NCBI GenBank assembly: GCA_965248445.1
Contig: CBDFJG010000002.1
Coordinates: 352,001-416,000, forward strand
DNA length: 64,000 nt
DNA from: Planctomycetota bacterium
Lineage (GTDB): Bacteria > Planctomycetota > JAJSAM01 > JAJVHW01
Direction: 5' to 3'
Each line of letters opens with the position of its first letter. Positions within the stretch are counted from its first letter, which is position 1. Positions 8,086 to 18,340 of the stretch are shown piece by piece. Below the pieces are notes generated by a model, which saw only the letters and a program-made list of their open reading frames with translations, was not told where the DNA came from and made no database searches. Position numbers and translations under genes: made by a program.

Positions 8086-9585
8086 GTAACCGTTCACCCC
8101 TTGACAGCGTGTGAGCCTCAGCGTGCGACGGGCAGCGGGACCATGACGGGCGGGTCGGCGCCGGTGAGGTGCGCGGCGACCGAGTCGGCGAGGAAGTCGA
8201 AGACTTGGTCGCCACGGCGTCGCAGCGTGGCCGCGGCGGTCAACACGCGCTCGGCGAAGCGGAGTCCGCGAGCGGACTGGCTTCCGAAGGAGCCCTTGCG
8301 CCAGAGCACCGCTTTGCGGACCGCGCGCTCGGCGGCGTTGTTCGTCGGACTCACGTCCTGGGTCCGCGCATAGGTGAAGAGGGCGACCACGCGGGGGCGC
8401 AGATGGTTGGCCAGAGCCGAGTCGTCGTTCGCGATCAGTCGCTCGAGCCGTCCGCGCAGCACAGCGGCTTCGCCTTGCAGCCGGTCACGGTCGCCGTGCT
8501 CACCGAAGAGCCGGTAGCTGCGCATGACCGACTGCGCGATCATGACGCCCTTGTTGCCGAAGCGGCGATGTCCTCGCGGGCCTTCGGCCAGCGCACGGAA
8601 GGCGCGCTCGATGTGCGCCCAGCAGAGCTGGCGGCGGGCAAGTGGGTGTGACTCGTAGGCACCCATCCGGTCGCTGATCACCGTGCCACCGAAGCGCCGC
8701 CCGATCAGCCGCCCTTTCGCCTTGGCACTGCGGCGGCGATCGATCCCGAAGGCTGTGGCGTGCTCGCTCTCCGCCGCCCACAGCCAGCACACCCGGCCCC
8801 GTTCCTTCCACGACGTCTCGTCCACGTTGGCTCGCAGCGACGTGCGGACTGCCCCGAGGGCTTCGAGGTACGACGAGTGCAGAGCGTCACTGAGCCGACG
8901 CTCACAGTCGCTGATCTTGCCCAGCGACATCTTCACACCGAAGATCTCACCGAGCAGCCGCTGCGTCTCCCGCACGCTCACGCGGTACACGCCGCGCAGC
9001 GCGCCGGCAAGTGTGGTCAGCCGCGGACCGAAGGCCCCGGTCGGCACGCCATCGGGCAGGACCGCCGTCGTGACCGCACGACAGCGCCGGCACCGCGCCT
9101 TGTGCAGCCGGTGCTCCCGCACCGTGACGAGCACGCGCGGGAGCACCGTCACCTGGTGCCGGTACGGATCGCCGATGCCCTGCTCGAGATCGTCGTGTCC
9201 GCACGCGTCGCAGAGGTCGGGACGGTGCTCCTTGGTCTCATCGACGTTGGACGGATCCACCAGCTCGCGCGCCGTGCCCTCATGGCCCGGCTGTCCGCCC
9301 TGCTGGCGACCGCTACGCGGCCTTCGGCCGCGACGGCGCTTGGACCACGCCGGGTCCGACGACGGAGGCCTCGAGCTGTTGCGGGAGTCACGCTTCAGAC
9401 GCGACTCGAGCTCGTCGATGCGGCGCAGATGCTTCGCTTCGCGACGCTCCAGCTCCTCGATCCAGGCCAGAAGGCCCTCGACCATCGCCCGCAGATCCTC
9501 GTCCTGCCGCTCGCCCACAACCTCTTGATCGACCGATGGCCGAACGATCTGGATCCTGGCTCGCGACGAAGGGGTGAACGGTTAC
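8086..9585 (-). mobile_element. IS66-family single-ORF element (ISBst12-like) A, 1500 bp
   Basis: 17-bp perfect TIR GTAACCGTTCACCCCTT; no target duplication. Confidence 0.93.
8118..9518 (-). CDS. IS66-family transposase
   Basis: NSSRPPSSD, GGQPGHEG, C..C zinc finger, VDETSW, QLCWAH, TNNAAERAVR. Confidence 0.95.
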   Translation of the reverse strand: MGERQDEDLRAMVEGLLAWIEELERREAKHLRRIDELESRLKRDSRNSSRPPSSDPAWSKRRRGRRPRSGRQQGGQPGHEGTARELVDPSNVDETKEHRPDLCDACGHDDLEQGIGDPYRHQVTVLPRVLVTVREHRLHKARCRRCRAVTTAVLPDGVPTGAFGPRLTTLAGALRGVYRVSVRETQRLLGEIFGVKMSLGKISDCERRLSDALHSSYLEALGAVRTSLRANVDETSWKERGRVCWLWAAESEHATAFGIDRRRSAKAKGRLIGRRFGGTVISDRMGAYESHPLARRQLCWAHIERAFRALAEGPRGHRRFGNKGVMIAQSVMRSYRLFGEHGDRDRLQGEAAVLRGRLERLIANDDSALANHLRPRVVALFTYARTQDVSPTNNAAERAVRKAVLWRKGSFGSQSARGLRFAERVLTAAATLRRRGDQVFDFLADSVAAHLTGADPPVMVPLPVAR

Positions 9586-10740
9586 GAGGAGCGCGCCCGG
9601 CTCCGCGTTACGGACGTTGTACGAGCGGATCTCGGCGACATGCGTGTCCGTCACGACCCAATACGTCGGGGTCTTCCTGCGATTCGCGTCGCCGATCTTG
9701 CTGGCGAGCGGGAGTTCGATGATGCCGTTGCCGTCGGCGTGTGACGTGGGTCCGCGGGCGTAGGCGCGGTCGTCCCCGAACTGGTGGAATGTCCACACCG
9801 TGGCGCCCGGGAGCGGCGCTCGCGATTCGCCGTCCACCAGCCGCAAGCGGATCAGTACCTCGGCGGGCTCGATGCGGACGACGCCGTCGCCCAGACGGCC
9901 GTCGGCGGACTGCTGCACGCGCACCGCGAGCAGTTGGCCGTAGGGGTCGACGACGAGCACCGCGCTCGGAGGCGCCGCGCCCGCTGCGGGAGCGGCGTCG
10001 ATCATCCAGTCGTCGCCTTCGCGACGCACCGGCGCGTGCACGCGCCACTCCTCGCCGTTGGTCATCCACTCTTCGAACATCGCACCGGGCCCGCCGTCGG
10101 CGAGCAGCGCGCTCTCCCAAACGAGTTCGGCCGTCGGCTGCCGTCCGCGGTCCGCGTAGATCCGCTCGACTTCCGCCGCGGAGAACTCGCGTCCGGTGAC
10201 CGAGTCGACGAACGACAAGCGCAGCGGGTGCGCGGTCTCCATCACGATGCGGGTCTCCTGGCCGAAGCTAGCGGGCAGGATGACGCGTGTCGTACCGCGA
10301 CCCGCCGCGGTCGCGATGACGGTCACGTCGCCCGCCGTGCCGGCGGGACGGATCAACCTGACGATGCCGCGCTCGTCGGTCGCCTCGTCACTGACCCATC
10401 CGCCGCCCCACGCGACGCGGACCGACGCATCCGCGACCCAGCCGGCGTCTGCGCCCGGGCCGTCCACCACGCGCACGAACGGCATCGACAGAATCGGTTC
10501 GGAGACGATCTCCTCGGCGTTCTCGTCTGCCGCCTCCTCGTCGTCGGCCCGCGCGCCGGCCTCGTCGACGCGGCGGCGGCGCTTGCCCTCGCCCTCCTCG
10601 GGCTCGGGCGCGTCCGGCGGCTCCTCGATCACGTCCGGCGGCGGCGCATCGTCCCCACCGGAGCCGAGAACGAGCCACGCAATCAAGCCCAGGAGGCATA
10701 TCAAGAGGAGTCCGATCACGAGCTTCGTCTTCGTCGTCAT
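9586..10740 (-). pseudogene. Membrane-anchored carboxypeptidase-regulatory-like protein truncated by IS66
   Basis: N-terminal TM, TDERG and ADGNG beta repeats; frame runs into the IS66 TIR. Confidence 0.65.
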
Positions 10741-10839
10741 GCCGACCTCTCCGCCGGTTTGGGCAGCGCGTGGGCGAGCCGCCATGCGGACATCTTCGCG
10801 CAAACGCGCGACACTGACAGACAGAGAGGAGCGAGGCCC

Positions 10840-11400
10840 ATGAGACGCAGCAACTGGCGTCGAGGACTTCTCATGCTGGCCGTGCTGGGTCTCTCCGCGG
10901 GCTGCTCGTCGGGCGTGCAAAGCAGCGGACCCTGGTACGGACCACCGCGCGGCGGTGGCGTTGTCCGTGCTCCCTCCGGAGGCGAGGGCGCGCACGGCAG
11001 CCTCCGGCTCGGGGACTACCGCATGGTCGCGGCGCCGCAGTTGGGCGACATCGCGCAGGCGCGCTGGGATACCGGCGGACCGGTGATCCTCTACAACCCG
11101 CGGATCATGCAGGAGGTCGGACCGGCCGTGGCGTACTTCTTCGAGGTGCACGAGAAGTCACACCACGACCTCGACCACGTGCCGCGCGGCGCCGCCATCA
11201 CGACGCCAGAGAATCGTGTCAAGGTGGCGCGGGCGTTCGAGCGCGAGGCCGACTGCCGCGCCGCGCGCTACCTCGCCGCGCACCGACCCGACACGCTGCC
11301 GGAGATCATCCGGTTCTTCCAGTCCAAGACATCGAACGACTGGTACCACGATCCGGGATACGCACGGGCGGCGCTCATCGCCGAGTGCGCGAACCGATAG
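10840..11400 (+). CDS. Lipoprotein, HExxH zinc metallopeptidase-like
   Basis: Lipobox SAGC; HEKSH...EREADC. Confidence 0.7.
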   Translation: MRRSNWRRGLLMLAVLGLSAGCSSGVQSSGPWYGPPRGGGVVRAPSGGEGAHGSLRLGDYRMVAAPQLGDIAQARWDTGGPVILYNPRIMQEVGPAVAYFFEVHEKSHHDLDHVPRGAAITTPENRVKVARAFEREADCRAARYLAAHRPDTLPEIIRFFQSKTSNDWYHDPGYARAALIAECANR

Positions 11401-11421
11401 CCGGAAGAGACGGGCGCGGCT

Positions 11422-11583
11422 CTACTCGCCGGATGCGCCGGCAGAACCCGAGCTACCCGGTGCCTTGAAGACTGGCGCAAACAGGGGTGTCGGCGTCTCC
11501 GCGCCCTGTTCGCCGTCGTGCGTCGACTTGCACGCGGTAAGAGACAGGACCAGCACTGCGAGAACGATCGCCTTGGTTCGCAT
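11422..11583 (-). CDS. Small lipoprotein
   Basis: MRTKAIVLAVLVLSLTAC lipobox; GGAGG RBS. Confidence 0.55.
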   Translation of the reverse strand: MRTKAIVLAVLVLSLTACKSTHDGEQGAETPTPLFAPVFKAPGSSGSAGASGE

Positions 11584-11767
11584 CGATGTGTACCTCCCGG
11601 ACTCGAGCGCGTCCGCGCTCACCGGCGCGCAGGCTACGCGGCGGGTCGGGGGCTACGCGAATCCAAGCGCGACGCCCACCCGGTAGCCGCGCGGAGCTCT
11701 CTGTGGTAGGTTGCGGGCTGGACCTATTAGGCGGATCCACACGGCCACAGGCCAGAAAGGGGATGTG

Positions 11768-11827
11768 ATGAAGACGACCCAGATCGCGACGTTCAGTCAC
11801 GTCGCATCCCCGAGGGTGATCGCCTAG
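11768..11827 (+). CDS. Candidate 19-aa leader peptide MKTTQIATFSHVASPRVIA
   Basis: AGAAAGGGG RBS; followed by alternative hairpins upstream of the RIO1 gene. Confidence 0.45.
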   Translation: MKTTQIATFSHVASPRVIA

Positions 11828-12029
11828 CCGGATCGACTCGCTGCGAGTCGCCGCTGCGGCCGTCCCACTCGGGCGGCCGTTTGTGATTCAGCGGCCGGTC
11901 TGAGTCCACCGCAATCCTGACCCGACGCATCAACCGCGGTCCCGGTCCGCCGTGACCGCCCCACCACGCACAACGCGCGAAGGAAGGAGCTCCAAGTGAG
12001 TGAACCGACAACGGGAATGAACCCACCTG

Positions 12030-12935
12030 GTGAACCAACAACGACGACACACGGGACGGCACGCGCCGTCCGTGCGAGGGCCAATGCACACGATATACGA
12101 CGATCACGAAGCGAACGACTCTGACGAACGCGTCTGGGAGGGAGACCACCTGCCGGACGAACTGACGCCGTCCTTCAACGGAGGGCGGCAGGAGAAGAAG
12201 TGGATCGAGGACGCCCTCGGCGACTTCTATTCCGACGGCTGGCTCGACGACGTCACCTTCCGCGTGAAGGGCGGCAAGGAGGCGACTGTCTACTGCTGCG
12301 CAGCGCACCCCTCGACGGGTTTCGAACTGCTGGCAGCCAAGGTAATGCGCCCGCGGATGTTCCGCGCGATGAAGAACGACTCGCTCTACCGCATCGGACG
12401 CACGACGCTCGACGCGGAGTCCAAGACCGTGCTCGACCATCGCAGCATCCGCGCGCTCGAGAAGGGCACGCGCTACGGCCGCAAGCTGGCGACGGCATCC
12501 TGGTGCCAGCACGAATTCAAGGCTCTGCAGCACCTGCACGCAGCCGGCGCAGACGTGCCGAAGCCGCTCGCGTGCGCGCCGAACGCTCTCCTGATGGAGT
12601 TCATCGGCGACCGCGACGGCGCGGCGCCCATCCTGCACTCGGTGCGGCTCACGCCCGCCGAGGCACAACCGCTACTCGACCGCATGCTCGAGAACGTCGA
12701 GATCATGCTCCGCGGCTACCGCGTACACGGCGACCTGTCCGCCTACAACGTCCTGTACTGGGAGGGCGAGGCGCGGATCATCGACTTCCCCCAGACGATC
12801 GACGCGCTGCGGCACCCCGAGGCGTACCGACTCTTCGCGCGGGACATCGACCGGCTGTGCCGTTACTTCGGGCGGCAGGGCATCGCCTGCGATCCCGACG
12901 GCATCGCCCACGAAATCTGGGAGACGGTTATGTAG
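12030..12935 (+). CDS. RIO1-family atypical kinase/ATPase (alternative start 12084)
   Basis: GGKEATVY, AAKV, W..HEF..L..L, VPKP, LLMEFIG, VHGDLSAYNVL, IIDFPQ. Confidence 0.9.
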   Translation: MNQQRRHTGRHAPSVRGPMHTIYDDHEANDSDERVWEGDHLPDELTPSFNGGRQEKKWIEDALGDFYSDGWLDDVTFRVKGGKEATVYCCAAHPSTGFELLAAKVMRPRMFRAMKNDSLYRIGRTTLDAESKTVLDHRSIRALEKGTRYGRKLATASWCQHEFKALQHLHAAGADVPKPLACAPNALLMEFIGDRDGAAPILHSVRLTPAEAQPLLDRMLENVEIMLRGYRVHGDLSAYNVLYWEGEARIIDFPQTIDALRHPEAYRLFARDIDRLCRYFGRQGIACDPDGIAHEIWETVM

Positions 12936-13057
12936 GCCGCGGGTGCACCGACAATCCGACTTCGTAGCGGGGGATTCGCCTCGCGCGCAGACACAACACT
13001 CCGGAGAGGTGCCGAACGAACGTCACGTTCGTGCGTCTATCCTGGAGGAGGCCCGCC

Positions 13058-14215
13058 ATGCGTTTCTCGCCCGTTCTCGCTGTCGCGCTCGTTGCCGTCC
13101 TGGCCACGCCGTCATTCGGGTGGATCTCGGTCGAGAACCAACCCCTCGATCACGCGCTCTACGCACAGCACGGCCCCCGCGCCGTGCTGGCTGGGACGAT
13201 CCGCGAGGTCGTCGTGGAGGAGGGCCAACTACGGGAGCTCTCGCCCCCAAAGTCCGAGATCCGATTCGAGATCGAGCAGGTCGTGAACGGTGCGGGAGCC
13301 AAGGCCGGACACATCACGCGCTACTCCACGCGCTCGTTCAGCTGGCCCACTACGCTGCTTCCGCTCGAGGCCGAGCAGAGGTGCATCCTTGTCGTCGATC
13401 CGGAGCGCCGAGAGGGCTTCGACGGCCGCCTGATGACCGTGCTGCCCTGGCGCGGCGGCCGTCTCGCGGCGGCCGAGGACCGCGCGGGCACCCTGCGCGC
13501 CATCGCGTCCGAACTCGCTGCACAGATCGCGGTCGTGGATGACGACTTCGCGAAGAAGCGCGAACTCGTGATCCTGGCCGCTCCCCTGCTCACGGCGGAG
13601 CAGGCCACCAAGACACTTCGCCCGCTCGTCGATCACAAGGACATCTGGCTCTGCCGCGCGGCGATCGCCGGGCTCGCGCTCGCGTCACCGACCTACGAGA
13701 ACCTAGCGCGCGCCGTCGCCGACATGGAGGCGTTCGCGGAAGCGACGCCGAAGGCTCACCTGATCGACGGCATCGAACACGGGGCCAGGTACGCGGCCTA
13801 TCCGTTCTACTTCCGCAACTACCGTTGGCTCCGCACGGACTGGAGCATGGAGCAGCGCGAGCGCGTGAGGGCTCACATCTGGCTGCACCGCACGGTCGCG
13901 CGGACCGTCACCAACCACGCGAACTCCCGGCTTGAGTACGGCATCCGTCCGCTGTGCACGAACGGGGACGCCACCGACCTCCGTCAGCTGTACGAATACT
14001 ACATGGAGAGCGAGACCAACGGACGGGGCGCGATCCACGAGAGGCCGTCCACGCGCATGGCCGTCCTGCGCCGCCTGACGAAACTGCTCAACATCGAGTT
14101 GATCGCCAGCGAGGTCCCGGAACTCGGCTGGCACCTCGCCGGCATCGCGAAGGAACCGGAGCAGCTCGAACTGATCCGCGACGCTCTCAAGCGCCGCGGC
14201 GTCGACTGGCTCTAG
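13058..14215 (+). CDS. Secreted hypothetical protein, helical/HEAT-like C-terminus
   Basis: GGAGGAG RBS; signal peptide; the TAG stop is part of the IS1380 target. Confidence 0.7.
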   Translation: MRFSPVLAVALVAVLATPSFGWISVENQPLDHALYAQHGPRAVLAGTIREVVVEEGQLRELSPPKSEIRFEIEQVVNGAGAKAGHITRYSTRSFSWPTTLLPLEAEQRCILVVDPERREGFDGRLMTVLPWRGGRLAAAEDRAGTLRAIASELAAQIAVVDDDFAKKRELVILAAPLLTAEQATKTLRPLVDHKDIWLCRAAIAGLALASPTYENLARAVADMEAFAEATPKAHLIDGIEHGARYAAYPFYFRNYRWLRTDWSMEQRERVRAHIWLHRTVARTVTNHANSRLEYGIRPLCTNGDATDLRQLYEYYMESETNGRGAIHERPSTRMAVLRRLTKLLNIELIASEVPELGWHLAGIAKEPEQLELIRDALKRRGVDWL

Positions 14216-15884
14216 CCCGAATCGTTCACCAGCCGGGAATCTGAGCGGGCCGTCGTCTGTCTAAGTGCTCGTACTCGCTAGTACTTGCACCGACAGGAGC
14301 GCCGGCCCGATGACGACAGACTGTAGCCCGCAGGGGACCCTCTTCGCGGGCATCTGTGGACGCACCGCGGTGACGCGCTTCGACGCCGGTACCGTGACGA
14401 GCGACGGGGGCGTGCTGCTGCTCGAGCGGGTCGATCGTCGCATCGATCTGCTCTCGCGGTTTGCGCGCTGCTTCGGGGACCACCGGGACCCGCGTCGGGT
14501 CGAGCACACGGTCGGCCAGATGCTGCGTCAGCGGGTCTTCGGGCTGTGCGCGGGCTACGAGGATCTGGTGGACCACGACCATGTCGGCAAGGACCCGCTG
14601 TTTGCCGCGGCGTGCGGCAAGCGCGAGGGTGCTCTGGCCACGCACCCGACGCTCTCGCGGCTCGAGACCACGCAGCTCGGCGCCACGGCACAGACGCGCT
14701 ACGCCAAGATCGAGATGGACCAGGAGCGCGTGGACAGCGTGCTCAGCGACGTCTTCTGCGAGGCCATGGGGCCGGAGGATCCGGGCCTGCTCGTGCTGGA
14801 CCTGGACCACTCCGACGTGCGGCTGCACGGCCGGCAGGAGGGCCGCTTCTTCCACGGCTACTACGGGCACTACTGCTACCTGCCGCTGTACGTCTTCTGC
14901 GGCGAGCACCTCTTGCTCGCTCGGCTCCAGACCGCTGACAGAGATCCCGCGCGCGGAGTCGTGGACGAGCTCCGTGCGCTGGTCTTACGTCTGCGGCGCC
15001 GCTGGCCCCGGGCCAAGGTGCTCGTGCGCGCAGACTCGGGCTTTTGCCGCGAGGAGCTGATGGCCTGGTGCGAGGCCGCCGGCCACTTCTACCTGCTGGG
15101 CATGGCGCGCAATGAGCGCCTTGAGCGACACGTCGAAGACGCGCTCGATGAGGCCGCAGCCCGTGCCGTGCAGACCGGCCGAGCAGCCCGGGTCTTTCGC
15201 GACTTTGCCTGGACCACGCTGGGGAGCTGGAGCCAGAGGCGTCGCGTGGTCGCCAAGGCCGAGCACCTGCCGGGCGGCAAGCGCAATCCCCGCTTCGTGG
15301 TGACCAATCTGCCGCCTCGTAGCTGGAGCAGCAAGCGTCTCTACGAGCAGCTCTACTGCGCCCGGGGCGAGGCGGAGAATCGCATCAAGGAGCAGCAGCT
15401 CGAGCTCTTCGGCACCCGTCTGTCGGTGCACACGATGCAGGGCAACGCCGTGCGGATGGCCATGTCGGCCATGGCCTACGTCCTGACCTGTGCGCTGCGA
15501 CGCATCGGTCTCGCCGGCACCGAGATGGCGCGTGCGCAAGCCGGCACGATCCGCCTGCGGCTGCTCAAGATCGGCGCGCTCGTGCGGATCACGACGCGCC
15601 GGATCTGGGTCTCGATGTCCTCGTCGTGGCCCTGGCAGCACGTCTTCGAGCGCTGCGCGCAACGACTGCTGGCATCCCCGAAGCCGACCTGACGTCCCGC
15701 CGCGCCGTCCGCCACACCACCGCCCGGCCTACGGTCTGCCCACACCGCAGAATCCGCGCCGTTTCGGCCGCTCACTCGCGTTGCCCTTGTGGCAACGACG
15801 ACAGCATCCGCCCTCGCCTGGCCAAGATCTGACCCTGTGGACTCCGAAAGCACCGTCATCGCGACGTCTCGTGAACAGATGCGG
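14216..15884 (+). mobile_element. IS1380-family element, type A copy 2 (1669 bp)
   Basis: Inverted copy of 1664-3332; CTAG at 14212-14215 and 15885-15888. Confidence 0.95.
14310..15692 (+). CDS. IS1380-family DDE transposase
   Basis: Same translation as 1856-3238. Confidence 0.95.
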   Translation: MTTDCSPQGTLFAGICGRTAVTRFDAGTVTSDGGVLLLERVDRRIDLLSRFARCFGDHRDPRRVEHTVGQMLRQRVFGLCAGYEDLVDHDHVGKDPLFAAACGKREGALATHPTLSRLETTQLGATAQTRYAKIEMDQERVDSVLSDVFCEAMGPEDPGLLVLDLDHSDVRLHGRQEGRFFHGYYGHYCYLPLYVFCGEHLLLARLQTADRDPARGVVDELRALVLRLRRRWPRAKVLVRADSGFCREELMAWCEAAGHFYLLGMARNERLERHVEDALDEAAARAVQTGRAARVFRDFAWTTLGSWSQRRRVVAKAEHLPGGKRNPRFVVTNLPPRSWSSKRLYEQLYCARGEAENRIKEQQLELFGTRLSVHTMQGNAVRMAMSAMAYVLTCALRRIGLAGTEMARAQAGTIRLRLLKIGALVRITTRRIWVSMSSSWPWQHVFERCAQRLLASPKPT

Positions 15885-15919
15885 CTAGCAGTGTGTTGAA
15901 CAAGTCGGCGCGCCACCCG

Positions 15920-17218
15920 TCACTCTGTGGCCTGCTCCTCGTACCACTGGAGGCGCTCGCGCCGGTACGCCCCGCGCGGTGAAGAAGGGTCGAGGTCGAG
16001 TTCAACCGCTCGCCGCTGCGCGTCGATGGCCTCGGAGCGCCGGTCGTTCGTCCACAGCGCGACAGCGTGCGCTTGGTGGGCATCCGCCGAATCCGGTGCG
16101 AGGATGAGCGCGCGATCGGCCCAATCAAGCGCTTCGCGGCGGGCCTCAGGCGCGTCCTGTTTGGCGAGGACCCACGCCCCGAGTTGGCGACGGTACGCGG
16201 TCTCGCCGCCGAGTTGAATCGCCTTGCGCAGGGCGGTGGCCGCCTCGTCGTATCGGTCCAGGTAATAGAGGGTGTCGCCCTTGAGCTGCCACGCGTCCGC
16301 GTCGTCGGGCACCTCCCACATGTACGTGTGAAGTGCCTCGAGTGCGGCTTCGTTGTCATCTGCGTAGTAGAGAGCTTGCGCGCGTCCGTAGTGCGCCCAG
16401 TGTTGTTCCGGCCAGCGCTCGACGACCCGGTCGTAGTGGGCGAGCGCATCCGCGTAGCGCTCTTCCTCTTGGGCGGTATAGCCTCGCCACAGCGTGTACT
16501 GGGGCTGCCACACGGGCCACGTGCACGCGAAGATCGCGCCTCCAACAAGCAGTGCGAACGTTACCGCCGCTAGGAGCCGCCGGACCGCGGAGCCATAGAG
16601 CGCCCCACCCACCGCCAGACCGAACGCCAGCCCGCCGAGGTGCGCGCCGTTCGCGATCGCGAACGGCAGGACGGGCACGAACTCGCTCAGCACGCAGAGA
16701 ACCGCCCAACCACCGAGGAGCCGCGCGTCCTTCGCGGCTTGAGGAGCGTCGAACGCGGGGAACCGATGACGGGCCGCCCACTGGAATCCGACCAGGACGT
16801 ACAGAACCCCGGAGAACCCGACTCCTGTGCTCCCGGACCACGCGATCTGCGCTGCCGAAGACGTCGCCGCGCCGCCGACCACCAGGGCGAGCATCAGAGG
16901 CCACGGAATCTCGCGTTCGACGCGGGCGCCGAGACGCCAGACCCAGAAAGCGTTGAACAGGAAGTGGAAGACGTCGAAGTGGACGAACGCCGACGTCACG
17001 AGGGCCCACCACGCGCCGTCCCAGATGTCGTAGATGTCGCGGTATCCCGGGCTTCCCGCGGCGTCCCACCCGACCATTCCCGCCTCGACGAGGAAGAGAC
17101 CGTGCACCGCCGTGCAGAGCAGCAAGCACGTCACCGTGATCGGCACCATCCACGCCGGCCGGGGCGGGCCGTCCGGAGCGCGGATTGACGGGTCGGTCAG
17201 CAGCTGCTCGTCTGTCAT
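15920..17218 (-). CDS. Rhomboid intramembrane serine protease with C-terminal TPRs
   Basis: FVHFDVFHFLFN, GFSG, AHLGG; TPR repeats. Confidence 0.88.
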   Translation of the reverse strand: MTDEQLLTDPSIRAPDGPPRPAWMVPITVTCLLLCTAVHGLFLVEAGMVGWDAAGSPGYRDIYDIWDGAWWALVTSAFVHFDVFHFLFNAFWVWRLGARVEREIPWPLMLALVVGGAATSSAAQIAWSGSTGVGFSGVLYVLVGFQWAARHRFPAFDAPQAAKDARLLGGWAVLCVLSEFVPVLPFAIANGAHLGGLAFGLAVGGALYGSAVRRLLAAVTFALLVGGAIFACTWPVWQPQYTLWRGYTAQEEERYADALAHYDRVVERWPEQHWAHYGRAQALYYADDNEAALEALHTYMWEVPDDADAWQLKGDTLYYLDRYDEAATALRKAIQLGGETAYRRQLGAWVLAKQDAPEARREALDWADRALILAPDSADAHQAHAVALWTNDRRSEAIDAQRRAVELDLDPSSPRGAYRRERLQWYEEQATE

Positions 17219-17278
17219 TCCGACGACAAGGGTAGCGCCGCAGAGCGTCCTGCGCCCGTGTCCCGGTAGCCTGTGGCG

Positions 17279-18340
17279 ATGCGCAACAGCAGCGTGCTCG
17301 CGCTCGCGATCCTGACACTCCTCGGCGGTCTCGTCGTGGCGCACGCCGAGGACGAGCCGTTCCCGGACGGCACGTCGTCGCACCAGTTACACGGGCTGCG
17401 CTGCTCGATCGTCGTGCCGCCGGAGTTCGACGTGTCGGCGGAGCACTCGATGGTCGTGCTGCTGCACGGCGCGGGCGGCACGGAGACAGGGATGGCGAGC
17501 GCGCTCGCGTTCCTCACGAAGGACGACTTCGTGATCCTCGCACCGAAGTCGCGGGGGGCGACCTGGGCGGCGAAGGACCTCCCGGACGTACGCGCGATCG
17601 TCAAAGACCTGAAGGGGCAACTGAACATCGGGGAGCGACGGCTGCATGGCGCTGGCTACTCGAACGGCGCCTGGAACCTCGCCGGGGTCGCGCTGGACAA
17701 CGAGTTGCGCTTCCAGAGCGCGACGTGGATCGCAGGCGGGTACACGGGCGGCAAGCTCCCCAAACACGCGAAGGAGATGGGCGTGCTCGCGCTCGCGGGA
17801 GCCGAGGACGGCAACCGCAACGCTGCGGAGGCGACGCCCAAGGCCACGCGCGACGACGTGCGCATGGCGGAAGTCCGCATCCAGCCGAACCTCGGACACA
17901 AGTGGCCGCGCGAGCTGATGCCGTACTACGCCTGGTGGCTCGGGGTGCAGGAGGACCGCTACGTCCCCGGAGAGACGATGGCGTTCGACTGGCGTGCGTC
18001 GCGGGACGAAGCGCTCGCCGCGATCCCCGAGAGCAAGGCGGGCGGCATCGAGTACTGGTACTCGGAGGACGACACGGACAACGAACAAGCGCGCTTCCTC
18101 CAGAACGACGTGCTGCAGGACCACGCGGTGCGGTTCTTCGGAGAGCAACTGACGGCCTGGAAGCTCGATCGCAAGGAGCACGAAGAGACGTTCGCGGCCC
18201 TCAAGATCAAGGGCACGCCGGCCGTAGTCGTCTACGACAAGAAGGGCAAGCCGAAGAAGACGCTCACCGGCAAGATCAAGGCGTCGTCGCTCGCCAAGGC
18301 GCTGAAGTTCGTCGCGCGCGACAAGAAGCTACCCGATTGA
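17279..18340 (+). CDS. Secreted alpha/beta hydrolase with thioredoxin-like C-terminal domain
   Basis: LLHGAG, GYSNG, G..D, GHKW; C-terminal GTPAVVVYD. Confidence 0.75.
   Translation: MRNSSVLALAILTLLGGLVVAHAEDEPFPDGTSSHQLHGLRCSIVVPPEFDVSAEHSMVVLLHGAGGTETGMASALAFLTKDDFVILAPKSRGATWAAKDLPDVRAIVKDLKGQLNIGERRLHGAGYSNGAWNLAGVALDNELRFQSATWIAGGYTGGKLPKHAKEMGVLALAGAEDGNRNAAEATPKATRDDVRMAEVRIQPNLGHKWPRELMPYYAWWLGVQEDRYVPGETMAFDWRASRDEALAAIPESKAGGIEYWYSEDDTDNEQARFLQNDVLQDHAVRFFGEQLTAWKLDRKEHEETFAALKIKGTPAVVVYDKKGKPKKTLTGKIKASSLAKALKFVARDKKLPD

Noticed and set aside
15889..15906. CAGTGTGTTGAACAAGTC as the end of another IS after CTAG
   Set aside because: No partner repeat or transposase found in the window.
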